Of a DNA stretch of 64,000 nt, positions 1-11,074 are shown piece by piece. Where the stretch lies: positions 868,001 through 932,000 of the forward strand of contig AP024667.1 in the NCBI GenBank assembly GCA_024346625.1, written 5' to 3'. Origin of the DNA: Williopsis jadinii. Lineage: Eukaryota. Both the position numbers and the translations under genes were made by a program. Below the pieces are notes generated by a model. That model saw nothing but the letters and a program-made list of their open reading frames with translations, did not search any database and was not told the DNA's origin. Position 1 is the first letter of the stretch; each line of letters opens with the position of its first letter.

Positions 1-480
1 CAGGCAGAGGACGCTGATGAACGCTCGTTTGCAGCCGGAGAGGTGAGAATCGACGTCATGAGGGCAAGTGGTAAAGGTGGACAGCACGTGAACACAACAG
101 AATCAGCAGTGAGACTCACTCACATCCCAACAGGGATCACCGTGAGTATGCAAGATGAGAGATCACAGCATAAGAACAAGGCAAAGGCCTTCCAGATCCT
201 GAGGGCCAGGCTGGCAGAGCTGGAAAGGGTGCAGATGGAGGCAGAGGAACGCAAGAAGAGAAAGGATCAAGTGACGTCGACAGACAGAAGTGATAAGATC
301 AGAACGTACAACTTCCCACAGAACAGAATCACAGACCACCGTTGTGGTTATTCGCTCCATGACATCGATGGTGTCATGAGTGGCGAGAAGCTCGACCAAT
401 TGGTGGATGTTTTGGAGCAGCACGAAGCACAGGAGAAGTCCAAGAGCCTGCTGGAGGAGCTGGAGAGCCAGGGTTCATAG
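1..480 (+). CDS. MRF1: Mitochondrial peptide chain release factor 1, C-terminal part (5' truncated by window edge)
   Basis: Frame open from base 1. Contains the class I RF GGQ motif ([25 protein letters not shown]) and [19 protein letters not shown]. Lies next to ROG1/TIP20 as in S. cerevisiae. Confidence 0.93.
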   Translation, partial: QAEDADERSFAAGEVRIDVMRASGKGGQHVNTTESAVRLTHIPTGITVSMQDERSQHKNKAKAFQILRARLAELERVQMEAEERKKRKDQVTSTDRSDKIRTYNFPQNRITDHRCGYSLHDIDGVMSGEKLDQLVDVLEQHEAQEKSKSLLEELESQGS

Positions 481-559
481 ATATCGTTGTAGTTTGTTCT
501 TGTATATAGTGATGATGCCTGATGAGTGTGCGCTTAACTCCTTGTAATTCCGGATAATT

Positions 560-591
560 CCGGGTAACTCCGAAAAGCTTTCCCTTACCCG
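560..591. promoter_or_regulatory. Pair of Reb1-like sites in opposite orientation upstream of ROG1
   Basis: CCGGGTAA at 560-567 and TTACCCG at 585-591, next to a short TAATTCCGG-like repeat. Confidence 0.5.
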
Positions 592-673
592 AGTTTCATC
601 ACGATGAGCTCGTTTACTCTCGCTAAGGACGATTTCAGACAGCAGCACAGTATCAATTGGCACAGCGTTGGTG

Positions 674-2710
674 ATGAGCGAGGGCGACTTGATCTACTGC
701 TCAAGGCGAACGGTCAAAGCTGGCGAGTTGCAACGCTACGTCATCACGTTTGAGCCCAAGGAAGAGCTGAAGAACCGCAACGTTGATAGTCTATGGCTCA
801 AGGTGCGCAATACTGAGTCTGTTGCTACACGAGCTGCCTTTCTCAGAGGCCCGTACATTCTGTATACAGACGTGACGCCTGGTGAGTACGATAAGAACAA
901 GCCAACGTTTGTTACTCTGGATCAGCCAAAGTTCGAGCCCAATCTGAGCCCATCGCAGAAGTTCATATGTGAGCTATCATTGCATACAATCAAAGACAAG
1001 TACGTGTGGACGGTGGATGTTGTTAGCCAGATCATCTTCAGCTCCACGTCAGAGGTGGCGTTTGAGGTCTTGATAGGCTTGAACAAGGAGTGTCTGAATC
1101 TGAGCACTGACAAGCTGGGCTCCTTTGATCCTCGACTCACTGTGAATAGACAGGATACCATGGATCTATGGAACCTACCGCATCATTCAAGAGGGAAGCC
1201 AGTGCACTTGGTGATCTTGACACATGGATTGCACAGCAACACAGGGGCAGATCTGTTCTATATAAAGGAACAGATCGACAAGGTGGAGCATGGCGATGAT
1301 GAGGAGCTTCTGGTGAGAGGGTTCCATGGTAACAACTGTAAGACAGAGCTTGGAGTGAAATATCTGGGTAGTAAAGTTGGCGAGTACATCATACAACAGC
1401 TGTACAATGAAGACGTCAAGAAGATTTCCTTTATTGGGCATTCGTTGGGAGGATTGGTTCAGACATTTGCCATTGCTTACATCCAGGTGAACTTCCCATG
1501 GTTCTTCCAAAAGGTGAAGCCGATAAACTTCATCACAATGGCAACTCCATTGCTTGGAATAGTCACTGATAACCCGGCATATATCAAGGCTGCGCTGTCA
1601 TTTGGTGTTGTAGGTAAGACTGGTCAGGATCTAGGACTAGAGTGCGTTGGAAATGAAGAACCATTGTTGAAGTTATTACCACTTGGACCAACCCATAAAG
1701 TGTTACGGGCATTTCAGAACAGAACGTTGTACGCCAATGCCATTAACGATGGGATTGTGCCACTATACACAGCATCACTGCTATACTTAGACTGGAAGGG
1801 ACTGAACGAGGACAATGGAAGTGTTACTAACGATAAAACCTCTGGTGGTATGGCTAGTAATCTTTTCACAAACCCTTTTCAAAAGGCATTGAGTCTACTA
1901 GCTCCAAATGCTCAGGCCTCTGAGTCCAAAGAAGAGGTGGAGAATAGAGGAAACATATTCCCCAAGACTTCGATGATCGAATCTGCTGCTTCCATCGTAC
2001 TTCCACCTCTGCCACCAATGAAGTTTATCACCACACCAGCATCTCGTCCAAACGTTATAGTACACGATAGAATGTACACAGAGGATGATATTCCACCAAA
2101 AGTGATACGAAAGAAGAATTTCTTACAAAACTTGGACCCAATGGCTAAATTCCACGACTTGGAGGATGATATAGCACGTGAATGGCACAGAGGGTTATCA
2201 TGGCGTAAAGTGTTGGTTAAATTGGAACCTGATGCTCACAACAACATCATCGTCAGAAGAAAATATGCTAATGCATTTGGATGGCAAGTGGTGGAACACA
2301 TGGTGAATAACCATTTCACCCAGAGCACACCGAATGCTCATACAGTGCCTAAAGTGGATAGCTCTGCAGATTTGGAGAATTTGGAGGAGATCAGATCCTT
2401 GGTCGATCGTGATACTTTACAGCGTGATAACGAAGAGCTGGATCTAGGTGATGATGCAGCACCAACGGCACTTGATATGTCATGGGTCAACCAAAAGGAT
2501 GGCGAGTCAATATTTGATTTAGGACCCACAGGTATGATGACGAATTTTAACGATATGTTGAACAATTTCAGAAACTGGTCAGTTCCTGAAACCACACTGA
2601 CACAGACGATAACACAAGCGATACCACGTATAGAGAACGCTGAGGACATAGTTGAAGAGAGAGATGCCGACCCAGACGCTGCTTACATAGAATCAACTAC
2701 ACATGTATGA
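674..2710 (+). CDS. ROG1: ROG1-family putative lipase (DUF676 alpha/beta hydrolase)
   Basis: HGLHSN and GHSLGG nucleophile motif. N-terminus VKAGELQRYVITF...SLWLKVRN resembles Rog1. First ATG at 674. MRF1-ROG1-TIP20 synteny. Confidence 0.85.
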   Translation: MSEGDLIYCSRRTVKAGELQRYVITFEPKEELKNRNVDSLWLKVRNTESVATRAAFLRGPYILYTDVTPGEYDKNKPTFVTLDQPKFEPNLSPSQKFICELSLHTIKDKYVWTVDVVSQIIFSSTSEVAFEVLIGLNKECLNLSTDKLGSFDPRLTVNRQDTMDLWNLPHHSRGKPVHLVILTHGLHSNTGADLFYIKEQIDKVEHGDDEELLVRGFHGNNCKTELGVKYLGSKVGEYIIQQLYNEDVKKISFIGHSLGGLVQTFAIAYIQVNFPWFFQKVKPINFITMATPLLGIVTDNPAYIKAALSFGVVGKTGQDLGLECVGNEEPLLKLLPLGPTHKVLRAFQNRTLYANAINDGIVPLYTASLLYLDWKGLNEDNGSVTNDKTSGGMASNLFTNPFQKALSLLAPNAQASESKEEVENRGNIFPKTSMIESAASIVLPPLPPMKFITTPASRPNVIVHDRMYTEDDIPPKVIRKKNFLQNLDPMAKFHDLEDDIAREWHRGLSWRKVLVKLEPDAHNNIIVRRKYANAFGWQVVEHMVNNHFTQSTPNAHTVPKVDSSADLENLEEIRSLVDRDTLQRDNEELDLGDDAAPTALDMSWVNQKDGESIFDLGPTGMMTNFNDMLNNFRNWSVPETTLTQTITQAIPRIENAEDIVEERDADPDAAYIESTTHV

Positions 2711-2733
2711 AATGCACTTCATGACTGAGATTA

Positions 2734-4845
2734 TTAGCTTATTCTGAGCAAAATATCTAATATATCACCATCTTTCAAATACTGTAGATCCAAGTCTTGT
2801 TTCAAAGAACTGAAATCGCCGCTTTTGGCGTATGAAGATACAGAAGAGTATGGCCCGTACAACGAAATCTCGTCACTGTTTACACTTAGCACCTTAAAGA
2901 CTTCAACTAGCTTGTAGTAAGTTGGGAAATTTCTCTTCAATTGCAAGTTCTCCCACACAGTTGTAAAGTCCAAAGCCAATTGTTTCACTCCAACACGAGA
3001 GAAATGATTGCCCTTGATGACATTCTGTAAGATACAATTGGCAAGATATAACGAGACAGCATTCTTGATCTTTGTCAACTCATGCTTTGTTACCACCTTC
3101 ACAGAGAAGTCAAACAGCTCTGGAAGTGTGTCCATGAGTGGGACGAGTTCACCAGAGACTGCGTAACTCTCTGGTTCTTGAAGGACATCCCAGGTGTTGA
3201 GCGCAACGTATTTCTTCATGAGTGAATCAATAGTCTTGGTATGGAATTGTATAGTCAGCTGAAAGACCTGGGTTTCAAGTGTGGTGTATTTGTCCAAGAT
3301 TGTAGCAAATAGCGAAGAGGTTTGTGTGTTGGAATACTTATTGAACAAGTTGTTGAGTTCAACAAATATCAGCTCATTATCCCAAACTTTGATAAATTTG
3401 ATTGTGTATCTCAAAGAGCAGTATAGACGGAACAGTCTTTCTAAACCGTTACATCCACTGATGTCAACCTCACTTCCCTTAGTTGCGTGCAACAGGGATT
3501 TAGTCTTCCTGAACAAATCTGCAAATGCGGTGGCACCGTCATTCAATGCCTTGTAATACATCTCCAGGAACCCGAGGAACATTCTGGAGAACAGCTTCAG
3601 CTTAAACTTCTGTAAAGAGCTGTTAAGTTCGTAATTTGGGACGAACAGCTTTTGAAAGTTCTTAATGGTGGACTCGAACAAGTATTTCAACTTGATTGAC
3701 GACACCGTTGGTTTGAGCTCATCGTGTCCTACAGAGGAATAATCAATCTGGAACACGTTTGGAGCATCAACAATGGTGAAGAAGTTTGAGTCGGCATATT
3801 TGTTCTCAAGGTTGAGCCATTTTTCAAGATCTCTGTAGTCAAAACATGAGAAGAGTCCTGGCCAAAGGCCATCGCTTAAAGGGTCATAGAAGTATTCATT
3901 AACCAAGAGTTCATCAAAATTGACAGTCTCCTTCACAAGGTGGATTAACAGCCTAAGATCAGTATCAGTGGATTTCTCCTCGGTGCTGTTTCTCAAAATT
4001 CCAATGAACTGTTGTAACTTGTCCCTAACAGGGACCAGTGCGCTGGTAATGAACTCTGTATGAGCTGAACAATCGTTGAGCTCAGTGTCTGCAAGTGGGA
4101 ACATCTTGTTTATCTTGATTATATGTGTTGACAGATAAGTAAGCAGGTAGGTGAGAAACAACTCTGGTTTGTCGATTCGGTTTGTCTGCTTATCCGAATT
4201 GAAATGATAGTTGAAACCAACTCTAAAGTTTTGTGATATAGCGTCGAAGGCCCACACAGTATCTGGATACTTAGGCTTATTCGAAAGCAGAGATTGTAAA
4301 TTCACAAGTTGTGTGAAAGATTCGAACAATTCTGGGGACAAAGCTGATTGTTTCATCCAATTAAAACCGTGCAATGCAGTGACAAACTCAAGGTAGAAAT
4401 CATCCTTGTGAGACATAACAAGACCATCCAGAGTATCAGACAGTGTCTGCTTCAAATGAGGATCCTGCAATTGGCGTAGTTGGTCTTTAACTTCCCTCCA
4501 CTGCTCAAAATTGTACCCCGTATCATCTGTTAGCTGCTTCTTGAGATCTTCAGATAGTACCACGTCCTTTCTCTGTGCCATGAGCCTCTTCCTCTCAGAC
4601 ACCAAGTTCTTCGCAGCAACAAGAGCCTGGATTTCACCATAGGTACTAATCAGTGCGTTCAAGGTCTCCACATCCTCATTGCCGATGGCTAATTTGATCT
4701 CGTTGGCAAGATCCCATGCCCTTGTGTCCTCTTGGTCATCATCCTTGTTAAACAACAGCGACCTTTGCCCTTCCAATTCGGCAATACGTTCGTTCACTTG
4801 AGAGACATCGTGCACAGTGGTGAACCAATTTTCGAAAGATGTCAT
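2734..4845 (-). CDS. TIP20: Dsl1 tethering complex subunit (RINT-1/TIP20 family)
   Basis: Family motif FNYHF..KQTNRIDKPE; C-terminal FSxxGxxQLxxD; about 700 aa; synteny with ROG1. Confidence 0.85.
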   Translation of the reverse strand: MTSFENWFTTVHDVSQVNERIAELEGQRSLLFNKDDDQEDTRAWDLANEIKLAIGNEDVETLNALISTYGEIQALVAAKNLVSERKRLMAQRKDVVLSEDLKKQLTDDTGYNFEQWREVKDQLRQLQDPHLKQTLSDTLDGLVMSHKDDFYLEFVTALHGFNWMKQSALSPELFESFTQLVNLQSLLSNKPKYPDTVWAFDAISQNFRVGFNYHFNSDKQTNRIDKPELFLTYLLTYLSTHIIKINKMFPLADTELNDCSAHTEFITSALVPVRDKLQQFIGILRNSTEEKSTDTDLRLLIHLVKETVNFDELLVNEYFYDPLSDGLWPGLFSCFDYRDLEKWLNLENKYADSNFFTIVDAPNVFQIDYSSVGHDELKPTVSSIKLKYLFESTIKNFQKLFVPNYELNSSLQKFKLKLFSRMFLGFLEMYYKALNDGATAFADLFRKTKSLLHATKGSEVDISGCNGLERLFRLYCSLRYTIKFIKVWDNELIFVELNNLFNKYSNTQTSSLFATILDKYTTLETQVFQLTIQFHTKTIDSLMKKYVALNTWDVLQEPESYAVSGELVPLMDTLPELFDFSVKVVTKHELTKIKNAVSLYLANCILQNVIKGNHFSRVGVKQLALDFTTVWENLQLKRNFPTYYKLVEVFKVLSVNSDEISLYGPYSSVSSYAKSGDFSSLKQDLDLQYLKDGDILDILLRIS

Positions 4846-5202
4846 AACTCTGGCGCCTGATTGCTCTGTTGTTAATGGCAGAATTCTGTCTATTTTGTTT
4901 GCAATGTTGATGAAGCTTCTCGAAAACCCAACGGTTGTCCCAAATGTCCCAAATGTCCCGTCTGTCGCGGGTTTTGTACACAGGACGTGTCCAAGACTTC
5001 ATTACCCCGGTGACGGTAAAAACTCAATTGCTTCTCCACTCGTTTGAAAATGACTTTTGGCATAGATGGCGTTTGTTTATAGAAATTTGATGGAGGAGAG
5101 GGGTGCACCGGTTTCTGTGGTTATTCCTTCTTAGTTATACGGTTTGTTTACAACGGTTGTCACCCTTTCAATCAAAATATCGTCACGTTAGGGAAGAGGA
5201 AC

Positions 5203-5658
5203 ATGTCCAGCATCAACAGACCAGTGCAGATTGAGGAGTTCACGGTTGCATTGAGAGATGTGACGGATGATGAGTTGTTCAGTGTTAAGCAACAATTGCA
5301 GAAATCGATTGCTAAGTTGGAAAGAACCAATACGAAGCTATACAGACTGATAAATGGCGAGCCGATCGATAGCGATGACGATGACGATGATGAATTCAAC
5401 GAGGTCAACACCGACGACAGGGCCTTGTTCAACGAGATCATTGCTGAAAATGGGATCGTTATAAGAAATCAACAGCAGAGAATCGATAAAGTTGACGACG
5501 AGTTGGAGCACAGAGGGCTAAACAACGATCGTCTTGATCATGCTAGTGAAGGCGGTGTGAAGTCTACTGAAAGCTCCGCCAAATCTGCTCAATATGCGAC
5601 TGCTGATACCGATAACGACAAGCTTGACTCCAATGCGGCTAACAGTATCTTCATCTAG
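5203..5658 (+). CDS. TMA17: Proteasome assembly chaperone Tma17/Adc17
   Basis: N-terminus RPVQIEEFTVALRDVTDDEL...SIAKLERTN, C-terminal NSIFI; near RRP42 as in S. cerevisiae. Confidence 0.85.
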   Translation: MSSINRPVQIEEFTVALRDVTDDELFSVKQQLQKSIAKLERTNTKLYRLINGEPIDSDDDDDDEFNEVNTDDRALFNEIIAENGIVIRNQQQRIDKVDDELEHRGLNNDRLDHASEGGVKSTESSAKSAQYATADTDNDKLDSNAANSIFI

Positions 5659-5808
5659 TTTAGGGACCTTTTTTTGTGTCATGTCTGTCTTGATCTTTGC
5701 GTTGTTTTCACCCCATGGTACTTTGTTTATGTTTTTTTTGTTTGTGCTTTGTTTAGCATGTAAACAATACCACGATACACTTGCGTTATACAACTTAGTC
5801 TGTTTTAG

Positions 5809-6503
5809 ATGTACTTGTTTCTATTGTGCTTTTTAGGACTCTGTACTGGGAAGATTACGATAGAGGTTGAGCCAGTGAGAGGCAGGAATGATGACCTGTG
5901 TTTACGCGTGTTTTTGGAGGATCTCACAACAGTTGTGGATGTTGAGACAGATCCCTATGTGGAGCAGCAATCACTTGGAATTCGAATAACAGATGAATTT
6001 GGCCTATTCATCGAGAAAATGGTGAGCAACGTCACTCTACTACGTGGTACGAATGTTACTAATAACCATCTCAGGACGTGAAGGATACAGCTATTCGCTT
6101 TGTAATCACGCCGAATAGAGAGACAACAATAGACGTATGCTTGGGAAACGTTGTGAACGACGCCAGTTGGTCATACCAATGGAAACTGCGAGAGGTATCG
6201 GTCCACGTTTACCAAATTGACGATTCACCACGGAGTGTAGAGGCAAAGATGCTGTCAGTTCATAGACAGCTAAGTGCATCACTGCAGACAATAAGGTCAA
6301 CAATTACGCAGGAGATAACGTCGATCCAGAAAGGCATGTCTTCCCTGTTGAAGAAAGAGGCAAAATCCAGAGACTTGAACGAAGACTCGTTGACAAAGTT
6401 GAACGTATCGTTGGCCCTGTTGGCACTGGCTTCGTTTATCTGTCAAACGATGAGTTTCATATGGCTAAGGTACTTGGCTATGAATACGGTAAGAAAGAGG
6501 TAA
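5809..6503 (+). CDS. RRT6: Divergent emp24/gp25L/p24 (GOLD) family membrane protein, probable RRT6 ortholog; exons 5809-6021 and 6075-6503 (about 213 aa)
   Basis: Intron 6022-6074 (GTGAGC...TACTAAT...CAG) joins the two ORF-track pieces in frame. Signal peptide, two GOLD-like Cys, KEAKSRDLNE coiled coil, C-terminal TM helix and basic tail. Position matches the TIP20/TMA17/RRP42 block. Confidence 0.7.
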
Positions 6504-6571
6504 TGAGAACAAAGTATGGTGTGGTGTCCGGGTTGTGGGTATGCGCAGAGAGCCAGTACAAAAAAATACGA

Positions 6572-6589
6572 GAAAAATTTCCATCGAGC
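6572..6589 (+). promoter_or_regulatory. RRPE-like (GAAAAATTT) and PAC-like element upstream of RRP42
   Basis: gaaaaatttccatcgagc about 60 nt upstream of the ATG of an rRNA-processing gene. Confidence 0.4.
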
Positions 6590-6637
6590 TTTGATCAATC
6601 AGGTCACAATGAAGAAGTGTTAAAAGGCACAAGAAGG

Positions 6638-7432
6638 ATGTTGCTCTCAGCTACAGAAAGGTCATATCTCTATGAATCATTACACAGCAAACATATAATA
6701 AGGCCTGATGGCAGAAATATCAAACAGTTTAGACCAATTCAATCACACACTGGGTTTCTAGAGCTATCAAACGGTTCATCAAAGATTACTCTAAGTGACG
6801 GTAGCGAATGCATTGTTAGTATCAAGGCCAAGGTTGTTGATAAAGCACAAGAGCAAGACCTTGTGTCTGTGGATCTTGAAATTGCAGGCCACAGAGAAGA
6901 TTCGCCGTATACACTAAGTCTAACGTCGACATTACAGTCGTTATATGCCAAACATATTCCAAGGGAATCGCTTAATTTGACATCCAAGTTTGCATACAAG
7001 CTCTATATCGACATCCTTGTCATCGCTACCTACTCACATCCACTGACCATGATGTCATTGGCTACATACCTTGCTCTTCAAAGCACGTTCTTACCAAAGC
7101 TGACCTCCTCAGTGGACGACAAGGAGATTGAAGAGCAACCAACTTTCCACGATTATGAGTTTGTCAAGTTACAAGTTACCGTCCCTGTCATTTTCACAGT
7201 GGCTGTCATCGGAGAGAACTGTATTATAGATCCTAGTGCTGAAGAGATGGAAGTTAGTGATAATGGACTCATAGTGAGCTGGTTTGACGGCAAACCAATC
7301 TCTCCTATGGGCACAGTAAGACTTAGTGAGACAAACGTCAAGAGTTTAAATCCAGCTCTGATTGTTAAAAGTGTCGATCTCGTATCGAGCATTGCCAATT
7401 CTGTGATCTCCGCTTTGGACTCAAATGAATGA
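6638..7432 (+). CDS. RRP42: Exosome core subunit Rrp42 (RNase PH family)
   Basis: MLLSATERSYLYESL...IRPDGR..QFRPI; LPKL.SSVDD.EIEEQPTFHDY. True ATG at 6638. Confidence 0.92.
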   Translation: MLLSATERSYLYESLHSKHIIRPDGRNIKQFRPIQSHTGFLELSNGSSKITLSDGSECIVSIKAKVVDKAQEQDLVSVDLEIAGHREDSPYTLSLTSTLQSLYAKHIPRESLNLTSKFAYKLYIDILVIATYSHPLTMMSLATYLALQSTFLPKLTSSVDDKEIEEQPTFHDYEFVKLQVTVPVIFTVAVIGENCIIDPSAEEMEVSDNGLIVSWFDGKPISPMGTVRLSETNVKSLNPALIVKSVDLVSSIANSVISALDSNE

Positions 7433-7604
7433 TTATCTCTCTGTGTCTTCCCTGCGTAGTTTCAACTAAGTATATAGTTAGTAGAGAAACGGTCAATTTG
7501 TGCTATATTCTTTGTAGATAGAGTCCACGAGGTGGCCACCATGGTAGTTGTGCCCAATCTTCAAGTTCTTGATGTAACCGCTACAAGAAATTTGTAGCTC
7601 CGAG

Positions 7605-7691
7605 ACACAAACAAAAAAACAACAAACCACAACAAACAACAAAAACAAACAACAACAAACAACAACAAACAACAACAACAAACAACAACAA
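7605..7691 (+). repeat. Imperfect (CAA/CAAA)n microsatellite, only A and C over 87 nt
   Basis: Directly visible, ending about 30 nt upstream of the SPO1 ATG. Confidence 0.9.
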
Positions 7692-7720
7692 GACTTTAGA
7701 TACGGCGCTTCGAGTGGACG

Positions 7721-9935
7721 ATGAAGCTAATCATCTGGTTTTTAACTATTGTAGGCGCTACATATGCCCCTACAGCCGTGGAATGTCCAAATCATCCTCT
7801 CTTGAGATACGGACAGGTGAATTTGATACCATAAAACCATTTATGTTTTGCATCTTGTTGTTTAGACTGTGATGAACTAATGAATGAAGACAATGAGTGA
7901 AGATGAGAGGCTGTACATTACCAATCGACAGACCTTGACAGAAATGTCGTTACAGAAGTTTCTCAACAGGGTGAAAATACCAGGTTTGGACGTTAAACGG
8001 TTTACACTATCAACATCAAAACCTTTGAACTTGGCCATTGCAATATCAGGTGGAGGGTATAGAGCGTCGTTAACAGCGTTGGGGTTTTTGACAGCTTTGG
8101 ATGATAGATCCAGTAGGTCTATGGATGAAGGCCATCTTGGTGGTCTTTTACAATCGGCCTCGTATATCAGTTCGATATCTGGCGGCACTTGGACTTTGAT
8201 GTCACTTTCACTCAGTGATTTCATACCTTTGGTGAGGTTACGTAACGAATGGGATATCAACGAACCGTTGCTAGAAGGGGTTCCTAGTTTGAAGATGATG
8301 GATGTCAGTAGGAACGAGATCCAAGTACTCCCACCAGAAATTCGTGCTGTTGACGACTCTGAGTTTTATGACAAATTGAACAACAATCGTAATAAAAGAG
8401 ACTTTGGTACCACTGGGGATGAGTCTTTTGATGATTTTTACGCATACATGGAGCTCTTGCCAGATCTTGATGAAAGTTCACACTTGGTGGAGAGAGATGA
8501 ACTGAAAAAGGATGACACTGACTGGTTAGAAACGTTCAAGACATTCTTTAGGGACATGTTCAAGAAGAAAGAGGATGCAAAAACCGTCCAGAATCTCCTC
8601 CCTGACGTTGAATTTGCACCTGTACTCTCCTTTAAAAGTATGAAAAAGATTCTTAACTTCTACAAGAATCTTCATGTTGAAGTCCGAGCCAAAAAAGCCG
8701 CTGGATTTCCAGTCTCCTTCACGGATTACTGGGGGAGGGCATTATCAAGACGAGTGTTTCCAAAGAGTGCAAGAGCACCTAATACAACTTTATCTGGAGT
8801 TATAGATCTTCCGTCATTCAAAAGGTATCAACAACCGTATCCAGTGATTATATCAAACCTTCGTGAACCAGGGATCGAAACAACTAGTGTGAATTCAAGT
8901 ATCTTTGAGTTTACGCCATATGAATTTGGTTCTTGGGATTCTCAAATGTTCGTGAAGATGAAATACTTAGGGTCATCAATGTACGATGGACGGCCGCTTA
9001 TCCACATCAATAACCGTTCAGTTTGCTATGTTGGATTTGACAATGCGGGGTTCATTACAGGAACATCTTCTTCATTGTTCAACAACGTTTTGATCTACAT
9101 CTGGAACCTCGCTGCTTCTTCAACAAGGGACAACTTTAGAGCAATCAAAGCAGTTCTAAACACGTTCGGTTTAACTTCAACGCAGGACACTGTTGATCCA
9201 AAAAAGCACCCAGATTATGCATTGTACTCTCCTAACCCGTTTTTCAGGTATGGCGATGCTAAACTGTCACCAATTTACAATTCGAAGCACCTTTTCATGG
9301 TTGATGGAGGTGAGGATGGCCAGAATATACCATATCAACCATTTTTACAGCCTGATCGTCAAGTTGATGTCATTCTCTCCGTGGATTCGACCTCAGATAC
9401 GGAAGGATGGCCGAATGGAACTATAGTTGAAAATACATATTTGAGATATAACGATTCAGGTCATACTACAACAACAATCACAGTAAATGGGATGATTAAA
9501 AACATCAATTTGTTTCCTGAGATTCCAACACCAAGTGAATTCGTTGCCCATGGTTTGAACAAAAGACCAGTGTTTTTCGGCTGCCACCTTGAGAAATACA
9601 GACAGAGATACGACTCACTACCAAAGTCAAGATATGTGAATTCATTCTTGCCTCCCATAGTTGGACTTTTCTCTAACAGTGAGTACTCTTATTCCTCGAA
9701 TACATCAACTTTTCGAGTTTCGTATGACGATGCTGAAATGAGCAAGATGATACAAAATGCTTATAATATTGCCACCTATGCCAATTCCACCATCGATAGA
9801 GATTATCCACGTTGTATCGGTTGTATCTTGATAAAGAGAGAATTCGACAGAAAGGAGAGAAGTCTAAGCTTGTTGAATAACATGACACTCCCAGAGTTTT
9901 GTTACAACTGTTACTCAAAGTATTGCTACAATTAA
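7721..9935 (+). CDS. SPO1: Meiotic phospholipase B-like protein Spo1; exons 7721-7816 and 7890-9935
   Basis: Exon 1 MKLIIWFLTIVGATYAPTAVECPNHPLLRYGQ (signal peptide plus the YAP..V.CP PLB start). Intron 7817-7889 GTGAAT...AACTAAT...AAG. Motifs SGGGYRA, SISGG, VDGGEDGQNIP and Spo1-like KKILNFYKNLH...SFTDYWG. No GPI tail. Confidence 0.82.
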
Positions 9936-10045
9936 CTTCAGAGAAATATAAAATTAACATCATTATTTGAAGGATAGTGGAATTATGACACCAGACACCG
10001 TATCAGAAATTAAGAATATAAAGATTCGTGAAAAATCCAACGAGA

Positions 10046-11074
10046 TCAACTCAATGCTTCTTGCATTGCTATCATATCAGTCTTGTTACTTGACTTTGCA
10101 TGATTTGAAGAGGACGTTTCATACTGAGTACCTGAAACATCACTTGCAGCCTTTTCAACGTCACCGGAACTTGGCATGAATATAACTTTAGAGCCAGAAG
10201 ATCTTGCCATATTTTGCATAGCGTCCAAGTATCTGATTTGCATAGCAGGCTTAGAGGCGAGAATATCAGCTGCTTGTCTCATCAATTTGGCACTCTCAAC
10301 TTCAGCCTTTGCAGTGATGATCTTTGACTCACCGATTCTCTTCGCCTGAGCTGCTTGGGACAAAGAATTTGTAATTGTAGAATCCAATTGTAAATCCTTG
10401 ATGAGGATTGATTCTACAGATACACCCCAATCCGCAGCAATGTGTTGGATGATTTCTTCAATGGCTTCTGCAATCTCCTCACGACGTTCGATAACGTCTT
10501 GTAGTAGTCTTGCACCAATGACATCTCTCAAAGTGGTTTGCGTTCTTTCAGAGATTGCTTCTGAAATATCAGAGATACCAAACACAGCCTTCTGAGGATC
10601 CACAATGTTGTAGTAAACGACAGATTTGATACCAACGTTAACGTTATCCTTGGTCATACAGACCTGGGAAGGAATCTCTTGAACCTCAGTCTTGATACTC
10701 ACAGTATACAGCTTCTCTGAAAAGATGTTCACGTAAGTGGAACCAGGATCAACAACTCTTGCCAACTCACCGAACTTAGTAACCAGACCAACGGTACCTT
10801 GCTTGACATCAGTGTATGGGTTTGAACAACAACAACATGGAATTATACCCAATGATCCGAAAAACGAACCGAATCCATTAACCATTGATTGGTAAAAACC
10901 TTCGGGCTGGGTGTCATAGACTTTGGCATATGACATCTTGATGTTAGATCTGATGGGTGGGGTACTGATATATTCCTGTTCTTGAGGTGGCTGGAATGTA
11001 GTATTATCACCGTTTGACGGTGAAAAATCGTCCTGGACGTCTTTGGAATACTTTGGTTGTAAGTTAGTGCTCAT
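10046..11074 (-). CDS. Stomatin-like SPFH/band-7 domain protein
   Basis: GLVTKFG, TKDNV.V, QTTLRDVIG, AAKLMRQAADIL-like, AMQIRYL, KVIFMP: fungal stomatin pattern. First ATG at 11074. Confidence 0.88.
   Translation of the reverse strand: MSTNLQPKYSKDVQDDFSPSNGDNTTFQPPQEQEYISTPPIRSNIKMSYAKVYDTQPEGFYQSMVNGFGSFFGSLGIIPCCCCSNPYTDVKQGTVGLVTKFGELARVVDPGSTYVNIFSEKLYTVSIKTEVQEIPSQVCMTKDNVNVGIKSVVYYNIVDPQKAVFGISDISEAISERTQTTLRDVIGARLLQDVIERREEIAEAIEEIIQHIAADWGVSVESILIKDLQLDSTITNSLSQAAQAKRIGESKIITAKAEVESAKLMRQAADILASKPAMQIRYLDAMQNMARSSGSKVIFMPSSGDVEKAASDVSGTQYETSSSNHAKSSNKTDMIAMQEALS

Noticed and set aside
4936..4959. TGTCCCAAA tandem repeat (about 2.7 copies) in the TIP20/TMA17 promoter
   Set aside because: Short, most simply explained by slippage, and no further support.
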